Shown here piece by piece: positions 37,301-51,050 of a DNA stretch of 64,000 nucleotides. The stretch comes from Macrostomum lignano. Taxonomy: Eukaryota. The translations under genes were made by a program, and so were the position numbers. A model generated the notes under the pieces. That model saw nothing but the letters and a program-made list of their open reading frames with translations. It was not told the origin of the DNA and ran no database searches. Position 1 is the stretch's first letter; each line of letters opens with the position of its first letter. Location of the stretch: positions 1-64,000 of the forward strand of contig NIVC01000126.1 in the NCBI GenBank assembly GCA_002269645.1, in the 5' to 3' direction.

Positions 37301-37849
37301 CTTTTTCAGGCGCTGGCCTGCGGTTTAGGGACGGCATGTTATTGCTGCGATGTATAGTGTACAGATAGATGTACGCCATTGGTGCAGCTTAAGTCAATAA
37401 ACTTGCCCTGGAAACCTACCGGGTACACGAAAGGAGGCATGTTCTGCTAATCTTTAAAAGACTAAATCCACCCACTTCACTTAATATTCGCATTTCAGTA
37501 GTTCTAGATTTGTCCTAAGTTTTGTCCTAAATTCGCTTAAAAAAGCAAACATGCACGAGCGTAATGTGTGTGCATATCGTTTACGTGAAACACTTGACTT
37601 TGCATTGCTGTTTTGCATTAGCTTAGCGAGCGATATGACTTTAGAATCCTATTACAGGAATTATTCGAATTATTACTTATTCAGCTACATAGCTCGTAAA
37701 CTTTGGTACGCATGAACGATAGTGCATGGTCAAGCTTTTTAAGCTCGAACTTCATATCGTTGAAAAGTTTTGGACAATATGAAGTTTACTATAGAAAAAG
37801 AAAAGGTAGAAAAGGGCAGTAAATGAAGACGATTCATTCACTCTCAGTC

Positions 37850-38413
37850 CCACAGCCAGGAAGACGGTAGAATCCTCGGAATTTTCCGGCGCAAATCAGC
37901 AATTTGCCGGCGCACGGCGCACACTTCACTGCGCCGCGCGCATGGGCTCGGCGCATCGGCGCATGGCTCGGTGCATCGGTGCATGGCTCGGCGCATGGCG
38001 CACAAGGTACGTCAGTGTACGTGACAATATAATAATGAATAATAAAAAAACGTATATTAAATGTCAATCAATCAATAAAATAAACGATAGTCGATACGAT
38101 AGTCGTTATTTCCAATGTTGTTTCTATTTCAAATTTCATTAATCGACTTAACAAACTTAACAAATTTGCGCCTTTCGCGGCTTTTGTTGCATCTTTTTGC
38201 TTATATTTTGCAAATAAAAGCCATGATTGAACTGCTTGAACTTCCATTGGTATTGATTCAATTTAGATACTTAATACTTGATGGTGCTTTTTCAAGTGTA
38301 TTTTTCTCGGCGCATGGCGCACAAGTAATTTTTTTTTCTCGGCGCACGCGGCGCACAACAAAAATTTTGATGGATGTTATTCCGGCGCACACGCTGCACC
38401 TTCCTGACCATGG
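37850..38413. mobile_element. hAT-type MITE
   Basis: Perfect 8-bp TSD TCTCAGTC (37842-37849, 38414-38421). Imperfect TIRs CCACAGCCAGGAAG / CCATGGTCAGGAAG. Dense subterminal GGCGCA motifs at both ends. Confidence 0.85.
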
Positions 38414-40284
38414 TCTCAGTCAAGGCAGCAAGAAAGCATAGAAGAGATTCCGGTGTCAGTAATAGTCCATGAGGTGAGAGACGTCATCGTCCTTCAAGAC
38501 ATTAACTGGAGTTTTATGGAAAAATCTGGAGCAACCCTGGTGCCGTTCCTGCAGGCTAGTGACCTCTTTCTACCACAGGCAACGAATGCGGACTTCTAGT
38601 TGCGGCATCTTAACAAACTGAATGTCTGATTGCTCAACAAGTGAAAAATGCTACTTCTGTCTAGTGCTAGGTGAAGACATCAATGATCAATAATTTAGGC
38701 GATGTTGAGACTGTCATGATTGATGCTGTTTCAAGATGGGCGACGACTGAGTCACGGAACCTAATCGCCGCGTCGGTACGACAGGTCCAAGTGATTCTTA
38801 ATCTTTACACAAAATGCCTTGAACTCGATGGCTTGTGGCTGACACCGCTTCGTTGTTGTTCTTGTTCCTGTTCCAGTTGGTGGTTGAGACCTTATAACGC
38901 CAAGACTTAAGACGCTGTCGAAATCGCTCGAACAGCAGATTGACGCGGGCGCATGCTGGATCAGCGACGAGCGAGTCACCAATGCAGCATTTCACTCTAT
39001 CGTCTAGCTATACTGTTGCCAGGCCAAATCATCCGCGCAGAGTTGCACTCTCTGCGACTCTATCGATTGACGCGGTCGCAGGCACCCTACCACCGCTGAG
39101 TGTTCAAAACATAGCAAGCAACAAAGACTAATCTAAATTGTATACAGAGAAATAACACTGTCTGATTCACGCGATCCTTGATAACTTTCAGTTCAGTTGC
39201 TCTTAATAGCCCACTGATATTCGGTACTGCATGCATCAGTGGTTTTCGCTACGTTTCTAAGTTTATTTATAGTAGCAACAAAGGCAAAGAACAATTAGCA
39301 CCGAAACTGCAACTTACTCGTGTGTATATCGTATCGGCTCGATTCAATACTCGTAGCTTGAAAACGAATAGTCTGCCTTAGTCGCAAAGGTGCAGTAAGA
39401 AGTGTACCAAAAATAAAGAAAGGAACATCATGATATGGACAGCTATACTATTGGCATTTAGTAAAGGGCAGCAACAGGGGTTGAGGCTTACACAAATAAA
39501 GAGAAGACTGGAAAGACGCATCACTGCGATCTGCAAGAGTGAGAAACAGAGAGGGGTATAGTGCAGTATTGATACAATAAAGAGGCTACAAGGAGGCAAA
39601 TAAGTGCTTCATTTACAATGGCCTCTATGGCTAGGGAAATTAGAGGCAGAAGAGATTTATTCTGTTGCTTTCGCAGCTATTTACATTCGTAGACTCCTTG
39701 CTGCATGCAGAAAATGCAGTGCCGCAAGTCCAGCATTGAAGGTACTTCTGACCAAGTCTGAAGAATAAATTTGATTGATGGCTTTCGTCAACACGCGTCC
39801 ACGAAGACGCCTTCAACTATGCAGTCAGTCATGCTGTATGTACTGCAAAATAGACATGCACTGTGGCATCCACTGTCTGCCCTGTTTACCTGCCGGGTGA
39901 AGAAGTAGAACGGATGACATTAAGATCAGCAGGAAGGATTCAGTTCCAATCTGGTACAAGTAGGATAAATAGAAGCATCAATGGGAAATCGAGATGCAAT
40001 CTACCTGCTGGATAGGAACCTTTCAAGTATCAGCAGTGCAAATCGGACATCAAATCTTCAGGACTCGGATTGTCAGTTGACCTATTGGTTCCCTCAGCAA
40101 ATCGCTGTCATCTTCGACTGCGGTTTCTTCTCTGGGTCATCGCAATGCCCTACAGGTTCCCTCAATCCTTATTTCCTCACAGATATTGAAGTGATCTGTC
40201 GTTGCCACCCTAAAGATTCTTCAGGAGTCCTTCGCTTACCATCTCAAAGATCATTCAGTTCAGTAGTTCGGCGGTACCACTCAG

Positions 40285-40512
40285 CAGACCTTTCAGTGAT
40301 CAGTTGCTGCCACCTTAGCAGACTCTTTAGTGATCAGTTGCTACCACCTTAGACTCTTCAGTGATCAGTTGCTACCACCTTAGACTCTTCAGTGATCAGT
40401 TGCTACCACCTTATCAGACTCTTCAGTGATCAGTTGCTACCACCTTAGCAGACTCTTTAGTGATCAGTTGCTACCACCTTAACAGACTCTTCAGTGATCA
40501 GTTGCTACCACC
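40285..40512 (+). repeat. 31-34-bp repeat GATCAGTTGCTACCACCTTA(GC)AGACTCTTCAGT
   Basis: About 7 copies. Confidence 0.9.
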
Positions 40513-41344
40513 TAAGCGGATCCTTCAGTGGTCCGTGATTGGTCCTGGATTCTATCCTCTGCAGTCTGCAGTGCATGGCACACCGTATAACAGTGACTTG
40601 ACAGTTAGCAGTGAAAAAACGTCACTAGCAACTGTAGTGAATTAGGGTGTCTGCCAACGGTCGGGGAATTAGCGGCAACACTCTTTTCCCCTTTATATTT
40701 TCTATTTTGCTGGCTTGTTACTTCGGGCGTGAAAAATCCCATATACTAGCCCCACAGCTCTGACTAACAGCCCATCAACTGTTTGTGGAAAAATTTGGCC
40801 AGCGACTAAAGCAGAGAAGGGAATAAACAAACTATAAAGAGGAGCCAACTATTTTACCGGAACGAACGCTGCTGGCGCTAATCGCTTGAAGAAGAAATGA
40901 ATTAGCTTGCCAATGCCACGTCAGAAGCGGAATCAGTGGGACAAACTTTGTTTTACTTTTGGTGTCGCTAAAATGGAAACCTCCTGTATAGTTGCTTGAG
41001 TTTCTGAAAAAATTGCACAGACAACTTTTCAGAAGATCGAAGACAGATATTTCGACCACACGTATCTACGAGCGTACAAGCTTGAAGTGAAAATCATTCA
41101 AGATTGTTGAGATGAGATGGAACACAATTCCGAGGGGATCTAAGATTCTTTCATATTATTAAAAGAGAACTTCATACTCTAGGTGTTTGGTCCTCAATTA
41201 AAACAAGCGATTTCCAGATGTTTTCCTGAGACAAATACGTGCAAGTCAAGTAAAATTAGTTCAAAACCAGTACGCTCATACCTCCCTGGGATGAATCAAA
41301 CAAAACAGGAACTTGGGCTCTTGAATGGTGTCTGATGTCTTCAC

Positions 41345-41430
41345 AGGATCGAACAGGATCGAACAAGATCGAACAGGATCGAACAGAATCGCACAGGGTC
41401 GAACAGAATCGCACAGGGTCGAACAGATAA
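41345..41430 (+). repeat. 10-bp repeat GATCGAACAG
   Basis: About 8 copies. Confidence 0.85.
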
Positions 41431-42444
41431 GACCACTGAAGGACCCCAAGAGAGGGACAATATTCATTAGGATGGTCGGTCTGGTTGTGCATGACGTCGC
41501 GGCTCCAATCCAGTGCTCAATTTGACACAGCATTTATTTCAAACGAGAGTACAGCATTATTACGAGCGCATCTCAAACGGTTTTAAAATAATGGATGATC
41601 AAGACTCGATAGATGACAAACCAATAGATAAATTCAGTTAAACACGCGAGAATTAAGTTACTGCAGTAGTTAGAAACTGAAAGCCGAGACTCGAACTCGG
41701 GTTGGGGCAGCTCCAAATGAAATCGTTCGGAATCCAAGAGGCACTCACTGGCAAATAAATGTAGGCGATGATTATTTCTATCCTTAGCAGCGCGATGCCA
41801 CAAATTGCTTTTCGTTTTCTCAAGCACGAACTGAGACGGACTGGAGCTTGAAGCGGAGGAGACGAGGAGAAAAGAATCCCAAATGAAGAAGAATCGAGGA
41901 AACCAGCGATGGATTTGTGTAGGTGGGTGTCGAATTATTTACGCTAAACTGGGCAGGCTTGTGTGTCAGGTGGGCTCCGATCTATATATACTTGCTTGCC
42001 TAAGCCAAAGCAAAAAGTTGTTTGCCGCGGCAAAAGCAGAAGAAGTGAGACAATTCCAATAGCTCAGGAAGAAGACAAAAAATCTCCCCCCTCCCCAATT
42101 CCATTCTTCCTCATCGCTCAGCCGATGGGAGAAATTAATGCTCAGCGGATTCATGCCGGCTGAGAGAAATCAAACGGAAGAAAATCGTTGGAAAAGAAAG
42201 ACGGAGATGGACGCGAAGCACGAAGGCCAGGAGGATGAACTGCTTGGTCCGTGCAGCCAGCCAGGTCTGCTTCTTTAGGAAGATGCTCAGAAACTGAGCA
42301 CTGCTGGCTGTATGCTCTAAGCCAATTTAATCTGTCGTTTTCGTTTACACTTTCCAGGTCGCTTTTTTAATTTCTAAAAAAAACACGCCTGTCTGTATGA
42401 GTCTGCATCAATGTATACAGACATTGAAGATCTATGTGTGAATA

Positions 42445-43470
42445 CTAATCGGTACCTAATCTAGTGACGTGATACTAATCAGTACCTAATCTAGTGACAT
42501 GATACTAATCGGTACCTAATCTAGTGACATGATACTTATCAATACCTAATCTAGTGACGTGATACTAATCGATACCTAATCTAGTGACACGATACTAATC
42601 GGTACCTAATCTAGTGACATGATACTAATCGGTACCTAATCTAGTGACATGATACTTATCAATACCTAATCTAGTGACGTGATACTAATCAGTACCTAAT
42701 CTAGTGACATGATGCTAATCGGTACCTAATCTAGTGACATGATGCTAATCGGTACCTAATCTAGTGACATGATGCTAATCGGTACCTAATCTAGTGACGT
42801 GATACTTATCGATACCTAATCTAGTGACACGATACTAATCGGTACCTAATCTAGTGACATGATACTAATCGGTACCTAATCTAGTGACATGATACTTATC
42901 AATACCTAATCTAGTGACGTGATACTAATCAGTACCTAATCTAGTGACATGATGCTAATCGGTACCTAATCTAGTGACGTGATACTTATCGATACCTAAT
43001 CTAGTGACACGATACTAATCGGTACCTAATCTAGTAACATGATACTAATCGGTACCTAATCTAGTGACGTGATACTAATCGGTACCTAATCTAGTGACGT
43101 GATACTAATCAGTACCTAATCTAGTGACATGATACTAATCGATACTTAATCTAGTGACATGATTCTAATCGATAACTAATCTATCGGCATGATTACTAAT
43201 CGATACCTAATCTAGTGACATGATACTAGTCGATACTTAATCTAGTGACATGATTCTAATCGATAACTAATCTATCAGCATGATTACTAATCGATACCTA
43301 ATCTAGTGACATGATACTAATCGATACCTAATCTAGTGACATGATACTAATCGATACCTAATCTAGTGACATGATACTAATCGATAACTAATCTATCGGC
43401 ATGATACTAATTGATACCTAATCTAGTGACAATGAAATTCTAATCGATACCTAATTTAGCGACAAATCGA
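42445..43470 (+). repeat. 30-bp minisatellite GATACTAATCGGTACCTAATCTAGTGACAT
   Basis: About 34 copies; a 240-bp period is visible (42601-42720 equals 42841-42960). Confidence 0.97.
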
Positions 43471-43707
43471 TAACTAAGCGCAGGATTGATATATTGGTAG
43501 CAGTCAGTGGCAGTCATTGATCTAATACTAACACGAAGAACTACTTACAAGTAGTACAGAAGTGATTTTCAGCCCATATTTTCATGATAAAACAAATTAA
43601 GCCAAACGGGAGTACTGCAGCTTCCATTTTCAGATTTGAATGCAGTTTTAAGTAAATTCCAACTGACCTTTGCTGCCAGAAAAGCCAGAACAAGAGTGAA
43701 TGTAAAT

Positions 43708-43738
<31 letters not shown>

Positions 43739-46699
43739 TAATATATATGTATGCATATATATTCAAAATGACTCAGCAATATATTATATTAGCGAAACAC
43801 GATTCCAGCTTATACTCCAGATAAAATAACATAATTAGTAGTAATTGCGCAAAAAAAACGAACAGGGGAAAAACTAATAAACAACAGACAGAACGAGAGA
43901 AACAAACAAACTGCCGAACAAACTCAAATATTGCCTGCTTGCAAAAGCAAAAACAAGAACTTGCGACGCAGTGGATGACGCCAAAAATATTTAACATATA
44001 TTTATATGTATATATACGTATTTGAAAAACACAGAATTGAAAAGCAGACGCATGCAACCATTTTTGCAGCACGTACACCAAGATCCATTGTGCAAAAAAG
44101 CATTTGCATCCGAATTGAATTGCATCAAAATTATTGACAAAGAATTCATTTGAAATTTTAACAACAATATATATATTATAATAGTAGAAAAAAATTAGTG
44201 CGTTTATAATTTATTACAAAATTTTATGATTCGTTACTACACACGATTGCAAAGGAATATAAACAGCATTAACTAATCTAAGACTAAAGTTGGACAGAGG
44301 AAACGTTAATAATAATAATAATATATTAAGATTAATGATCACGATAAACTTCAGGTGGATTATAGCCTACAAAGCGGATTGAATTAGTTTCAAGTTTGAA
44401 TATAAGCACGAGCTAAAATGTTGCTAAAATCCACCTGAGCTTGTTATATTATTCTATAAGCATCCACGGCGGCTACTCGCAGTAGAAACAAAGGCAAATG
44501 TTCGAAAAAGTTGTTTAAATTGCAAATTTCACCCCAGAAATGTCATTTTATGTACAAATCACAAAGTTAAACTGCGGGAGGCCTAAGCGTAAGCAAACAA
44601 ACAAAACACAAATACTGCCATTAGAAGAAAATAAAAACAGACCGAACAAAAGGAAAGGCAACAACACGAAATGACGTAGGGAGGGTACGTGAACATGAAA
44701 ATAATTTAAAATATTTTACCTCAAAAAATTTAAAATATTACATTTCTTAAGCATATAGAAGTGCATTCTGTAATATTCAATTCCAATAACAAAGTAGGTG
44801 ATTGCATCATCAATTTTTACCATACAACAAGCGACAAAATTTTATGTAACAAAAATTGTAATATTTTCAAGTTAGCATTATTTATAGGCACTTTCATTAC
44901 AGTCAGTTCCGCAGGCAGACCGAGGTGGGGTTGCAGAGCGAGAAGCGGCATCAAGTTTAGGATTGTGCAGAATTTAGCTATTTTTCCAGCATTTATGATC
45001 AATAATGTAATAAGTACGCATTAATTTGCACAATTGAAGTCTTTGCACTTAAAAAAACACAGAGTGAATAATTTATAATAATAATATGTAAGGCGTTTAA
45101 AAAGAAAATAATAATAAATAGTGCAAAACAAGCGCAATTGCACAATATGAGCAGCATTATGTAGGCAGATGAGAAATATTATAATATTCAGGGAATCAGG
45201 GAATTTGTTGGACAGGGGATCGCCGAAGTCTAAAATGCAGTCTCTATTCCATTCTCAGGGATTTCGGAGGCCACTTCAGTAACAACTGTGAACATCCAAT
45301 CAGGGCGCCGACTTCACAGACACAGCAGAAGAAAAAATAACTTTTTAAATAACATAATAAAATCATGAACTGCCATTTGTAATTATCCACTCAAGATACA
45401 ACTTTGAGGTATTTATTGAGCATTTGCTAAGGTATAAACTTCAATATATATCTATAGTAACGAATTGCAAATCTTAATAAAAAACAGATAAATTAATTAC
45501 ACAAATCGGTTAGCTAAGCACACACGGCAGCAATGTCCCGGAATGACCTACACAATGGCTATCAATTTAACTTCAGACTCAGTCAGTCTTTAAATGTGTA
45601 ATAAGTAGCTTAGCCATTTTCTATAGGAAAACCATATTCTTAGAATTAGAAGTACATGCGCATGCGCGCTTTCTACTACTGACGAGTACAAGTAGTGGAA
45701 TTCTAATTTTATATCAAAATCGTTTGAAAATCTACTAGAAATATTGACGATATGTAACGTAAATTATTTTATAAAGTGTGAGATTTCTAATTGAATCCCA
45801 ATGATTTTCTATTATCTATAATATTAGAAATCAATAATAATATGTATCATATGAGTAATAAGACCGCCAAAAACAGACCTTCAGATCACAGCAATAAGAA
45901 AAGAATTACAGAGAGAATAAAATTCGGCAAAACAATGTTGGAGCCACCTGATCTCGAAAAACAATGTCTCTGTCTTTAATCTATCTATCTATTCTCATCT
46001 TCAAGCAGACAAAAGGCAAAAGCAACAGAAGAGAAAGGAAAACATTTTGCCAAAATATAAATTATCAGCAAGTAAAGATGTGTGTCTGTATGTAGGCGGT
46101 GAACGCGTCTACCGAACAGCCTACAAAATTGTAGAACTTTAGTATCTCTATACTACGATAGTTTTATTGTCAAGAGTTAGCAACCAGTGGTGGCTGCTCG
46201 GTTGGGAAAGCTCAGAAATATGTATTCTCATATGTATATATGTATACTCGTATATATATGAGAAGTATTGCCAGCAAAAATCCAGCTAAACTGAAAATCA
46301 ACCAAGCAGAGCCAGTCAACGGCTGCTGGGCCCATTGAATGTTACAGAGTCCTAGGATATTTTTCTCCATTGTGAATTCCAATTCCAGAGCTGCTCTCAG
46401 TCTCTCTCGCCTTATTCTACCGTGACTAACCTGCCTGCCTACTAACCGCTCTCCACTATCTCTCCTCTCTCCACTCCTCCCTTCACTTGAGTTCCAATTT
46501 TTCTACAAAAAAACCCAAATGCGGGTTCAACGGCACTTGACTATTATATATACGCAGAGAGGCGCGCCAACAAGTGAGGGGTGTTGATGCCTTTTCTATC
46601 CCTAGCTACTCCAGAATTTCATATAATTGGAAATGATGAAAATTTAATAGAAATATAAGAAATCTATACATACATTACGCATATCTATATCTATATTGT

Positions 46700-47154
46700 T
46701 TAAAACTGATGATGGTACATTGGCTGCTGATGCTGCAGATGCTGCAGATGCTGATGATGTTGCTGCTGCTGCTGATGCTGATGATGCTGTTGGCCCATCA
46801 TTAAACCGTAGGGATTCCCAATTTGGGATGGATGCCTGCCGGGATAATTCTGCTGCTGCTGCTGCTGCTGGCCATAGACAGATTGTGGCAGGTGATGAGG
46901 CGGAGGCGGCGGCTGAGCAAAGTAGGACGGAGATGCATAGTGCTGCCGCTGCTGCTGCTGGGGCGGCTGCTGCGGCTGCTTACCGTACGGATGCAGCTGC
47001 TGAGCGAACTGTGCTGATTGGTAGAGCGGCTGGTCTCTTGGTGGCAGGCCGCAGTTGTAAGCCGGGTGATAATTCCCCGGGTGGGGGAACTGCTGCTGCT
47101 GCTGCTGCTGCTGCCAGTAGGTGCTGGCTGGTTCTGCCGACCCGGCCTTCATAC
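46700..47154 (-). CDS. C2H2 zinc-finger protein, terminal exon (Q/P/H/Y-rich tail)
   Basis: ctctttttt gttccggcag|GT ATG AAG GCC is phase 1 and joins in frame to the donor at 52226 (...SYAG-MKAGSAEPASTYWQQQ...PMYHHQF*). CAG-rich codon style matches the main exon. Spliced total is 1290 aa. Confidence 0.8.
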
Positions 47155-47189
47155 CTGCCGGAACAAAAAAGAGCTTACTGAGAATCTGG

Positions 47190-47700
47190 GAAGCAACTGA
47201 AGATCTGGGAGGCTGGACCAGCAACTGATGATCTGAGAGGTTGGCCCAGCAACTGATGATCTGGGAGGCTGGGCCAGCAACTGATGATCTGGGAGGTTGG
47301 CCCAGCAACTGATGATCTGGGAGGCTGGGCCAGCAACTGAGCATCTTGGAGGCTGGCCCAGCAACTAACACTTTAAGAGGCTGGGCCAGCAACTGAGCAT
47401 CTTGGAGGCTGGCCCAGCAACTAACACTTTAAGAGGCTGGGCCAGCAACTGAGCATCTTGGAGGCTGGCCCAGCAACTAACACTTTAAGAGGCTGGCCCA
47501 GCAACTGAGCATCTTGGAGGCTGGCCCAGCAACTAACACTTTAAGAGGCTGGGCCAGCAACTGAGCATCTTGGAGGCTGGCCCAGCAACTAACACTTTAA
47601 GAGGCTGGGCCAGCAACTGAGCATCTTGGAGGCTGGCCCAGCAACTAACACTTTAAGAGGCTGGCCCAGCAACTGAGCATCTTGGAGGCTGGCCCAGCAA
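47190..47700 (+). repeat. 28-bp repeat evolving into a 56-bp dimer (CTGAGCATCTTGGAGGCTGGCCCAGCAA / CTAACACTTTAAGAGGCTGGGCCAGCAA)
   Basis: About 18 units beginning ~35 bp from the zinc-finger terminal-exon acceptor. Confidence 0.93.
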
Positions 47701-48449
47701 ATATAAGCCTAGCCCGATGTGATAAACATAGTTTATATTCTTTATAAGTAATATATCAATAGAAAAAAGATCGATTTCAAGGCAGTTATTCCGCAAATGC
47801 TCTTCCGATGCTCCTAGACTGACCCAGACTAAAAAAAGTATAAATAGCGTGCTAATAATTTGCTTAAAGCTGCTGATTGACAACAATAAAAGAATGCATT
47901 TGACAAGACGGAGGATACAAAGGAAAAAATAGACATATACAAAGAGGACATTGCCGCAAGATCGCGTGTGCAAGGTATTAACGGAGTTGGCAAATTCCCC
48001 CCCCCCCTGCAAAGCCACAGCCGCCGCCGTCCCGAGATCCGATCAACGCGACGGAAAGAAGACAGCAGCCAACCCAGCACAGTCTGCACAGAAAGCTTGG
48101 GAAAGGCCCCCTATATATACATATACACACATATATATAGGAGATTAGTACTGTATATATGCGCGCGTGTGATTGGGAGCGTGAGTGTGCAAGAATGAAT
48201 GGCACTGCCAGTAGCAGTAAGTCTACAGTACAGAGGCACTGTGAGAGAAAGAGAGGGGAGAGAGAGGAGAGGACACGCCACGGTAAGGGACCATGAGGGG
48301 TTGGCGGCCGGTTGCCAGCATAAAGGAGGAAGAGTGTGGGCGAAGCTAGAGTGAGCGAGTGAGAGAGAAATTAAGGGAGAGAGAGTGGGAGGATAGAAAG
48401 GAATTATATATATATACGTATGCATACTATACATACATGCATATGCTAG

Positions 48450-50100
48450 GAGAATATGGTGCCACCGCCACCCAGCGGGGCAGAAGTAACGGGAACCGTT
48501 TCTCTCCCCCTCCCCCTACCTCGTCAACCGCGGCGTCAGCGACAGCGGCGGCGGCGGAAGGGGCGGGGGTACCGCCGCCAATAGCTTCTTCCTTTTGCCG
48601 CACGGTCTCCCAACCAAATTAGTTAGCTCATTTTGGACCGGCCGACCGACCCACCCGCCGCCCCCTTCTTCAAAGCGCAAAAGCCCAATCCGCAGGCTAA
48701 AGCGCCGCAACCCCCCACCCACACCAACCCACTCTCCACACCCCTCGATGCCGCTGCTGCCCAACGGAGCCGAGGTCGAGAACGGAGCAAAATAAAAAAT
48801 TAACGGCCGGGTGGCGGGAGAGGAAAGGAGGCTTATAGGCCAAGCTTCCCTTATAAGCTAGCTCCAAGCGAAAGCGTCGGCAACCCCCACCCCCCAAATG
48901 CCCTTCACTGCACACCCCACATGAGTCCCAATAGACTGCTGACTGGCAGGGACTTAGGGGACTTTCAACCAACTACTCTCTCTTTCGCCACACACCCCCC
49001 CGCTGTGCGCCGCAGAGACCACCCAACCAACTGGCACCGCACACACACACACAGTTAAAACCCTCGAAGTCCCTCGAGCGCCACCCCACCCCCTATTCCA
49101 CACAGTGTGCGCGCACTTAACACTCGGTGCCTGTCTGCCCCTACCCGCCGCAGCCGCCTCAGATCCCTAGCGGCAAAATTCTCCGCTCCTCCCCTTTCCT
49201 GCCAACCTCCATCCCTTTCCTCCCATTGCTCGCTCCCCTCCCCCTCCCGAAAAAAATCGCCACTTCTCGCTTCCTCGCCCCCCCCCCAGCCCCGGGCCCA
49301 AATCCTCATTCTAATAACCTCCGCATCCTCATTCCCAAATTCCCAGTCCCCAATCCCAAATCCCACGCGGCCGCGGCGCCGCCCCCGCTCCCCACGCCTC
49401 CCTTCCAAGGCCCTGGGGAAGCGCAGGCAGGCAGAAATCTCTCTCTCTCTCTCTCTCTCTCTCAGTAAGCGAAAGGAAGGGGAAGTAAAAAAAGCAGCAA
49501 CCGAGGCGGCAGCGGCGGCGGCTAAGCAAGGAAGTAAAGGGAAGCAGAAGGACCCAGTAGGGCCTGGGGGCAGTCAACGACCCCGCCTTGCCCCCCCCCC
49601 CTATCCCGCCCACCTCAGCCCTCTTGGTTCGCCTCGCCTCGTTCGTGTCCCCCCGCCCCATCTCCTGACCCCTCTCGCTCCCCTGCCCTCCCTCAACTCT
49701 TGTCCTCGCGGTCCAGCCAGCCAGCCAGTCGGGGCTCAAAGGCTCACAGGGAGAACAGAGGATAAAACTGGTAAAAGCGAGAGAAGCTGGGGACTTTGGG
49801 AGGCAAGGCAGGGCAGGCAAGAGGCACAGCAGGCGCTGCTGGGTCCTCTCGTGTGTTTTTTCTCTCTACCTACCTACCGAAATCCTTTCCCAAGCCCTCC
49901 AAAACTCCGCTTTTCGGCCTTCGCCCCAGTGTCGGACACCAAACACGCGCACACATACTGTGTATATATATATAGGGAGAAGGCAAGGGAGGAGCAGTGG
50001 CTTGGCTTTTCTTCCCACTCCACTCTCCTCCCCTTCTCCCATCGCCCAATTCCTCTCTTTCTAACGCCTAAAGCTAGCCAACCCACCCCAGTGCCCACAG
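48450..50100. promoter_or_regulatory. GC/CpG-rich, strongly C-skewed promoter- or enhancer-like island inside the zinc-finger last intron
   Basis: Non-repetitive GC-rich block with C-runs, GCG/GGC triplets, CA and CT tracts, in AT-rich surroundings. No convincing coding signature. Confidence 0.4.
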
Positions 50101-50289
50101 CATATGACGACTGACTTCACTTAATATATACTTCTATATACTCGTACATATGCATGTTTGAGGGCCGGTATGGTTAACGAATATTGAAGAACTAAGCTTA
50201 ATGTTTAAGAATATATATTAGCAAGCGAAGTATTATATAGGCTGATAGATATTGTTGCTAAAAAAGGTGGTTGTCGTTGCTAAGGCTAT

Positions 50290-51050
50290 TTGTAGGAAAC
50301 TAAAATCCCTAGCTTCCGAAAGTGGTTGCTAAGGCTATTTATAAGAAACTGAAATCTCTGGCTTCTGAAACTGGTTGCTAAGGCATTTCTAAGAAACTGA
50401 AATCTCTGGCTTCTGAAACTGGTTACTAGAGCTATTTCTAGGAAACTGAAATCTCTGGCTTCCCAAACTGGTTACCAAGGCAATTTCTAGGAAACTAAAA
50501 TCCCTAGCTTCCGAAACTGGTTGCCAAGGCAATTTCTAGGAAACTGAAATCCCTAGCTTCCGAAACTGGTTGCCAAGGCAATTTCTAGGAAACTGAAATC
50601 CCTAGCTTCCGAAACTGGTTGCCAAGGCAATTTCTAGGAAACTAAAATCCCTAGCTTCCGAAAGTGGTTGCCAAGGCAATTTCTAGGAAACTGAAATCCC
50701 TAGCTTCCGAAACTGGTTGCCAAGGCAATTTCTAGGAAACTAAAATCCCTAGCTTCCGAAACTGGTTGCCAAGGCAATTTCTAGGAAACTAAAATCCCTA
50801 GCTTCCGAAACTGGTTGCCAAGGCAATTTCTAGGAAACTAAAATCCCTAGCTTCCGAAACTGGTTGCCAAGGCTATTTCTAGGAAACTGAAATCTCTGGC
50901 TTCCGAAACTGGTTGCCAAGGCTATTTCTAGGAAACTGAAATCTCTAGCTTCCCAAACTGGTTGCCAAGGCAATTTCTAGGAAACTGAAATCCCTAGCTT
51001 CCGAAACTGGTTGCCAAGGCAATTTCTAGGAAACTGAAATCTCTGGCTCG
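50290..51050 (+). repeat. 49-bp minisatellite GGAAACTAAAATCCCTAGCTTCCGAAACTGGTTGCCAAGGCAATTTCTA
   Basis: About 15 copies. Confidence 0.95.

Noticed and set aside
41670-41760. T-arm-like CCCGAGTTCGAGTCTCGG on the minus strand
   Set aside because: No A box or recognisable body; at most an old SINE-head remnant.
49107-50114. 335-aa plus-strand ORF in the GC island
   Set aside because: Non-ATG start, reads through a (CT)n tract, P/S/R low complexity typical of GC-rich non-coding DNA, and no domain.
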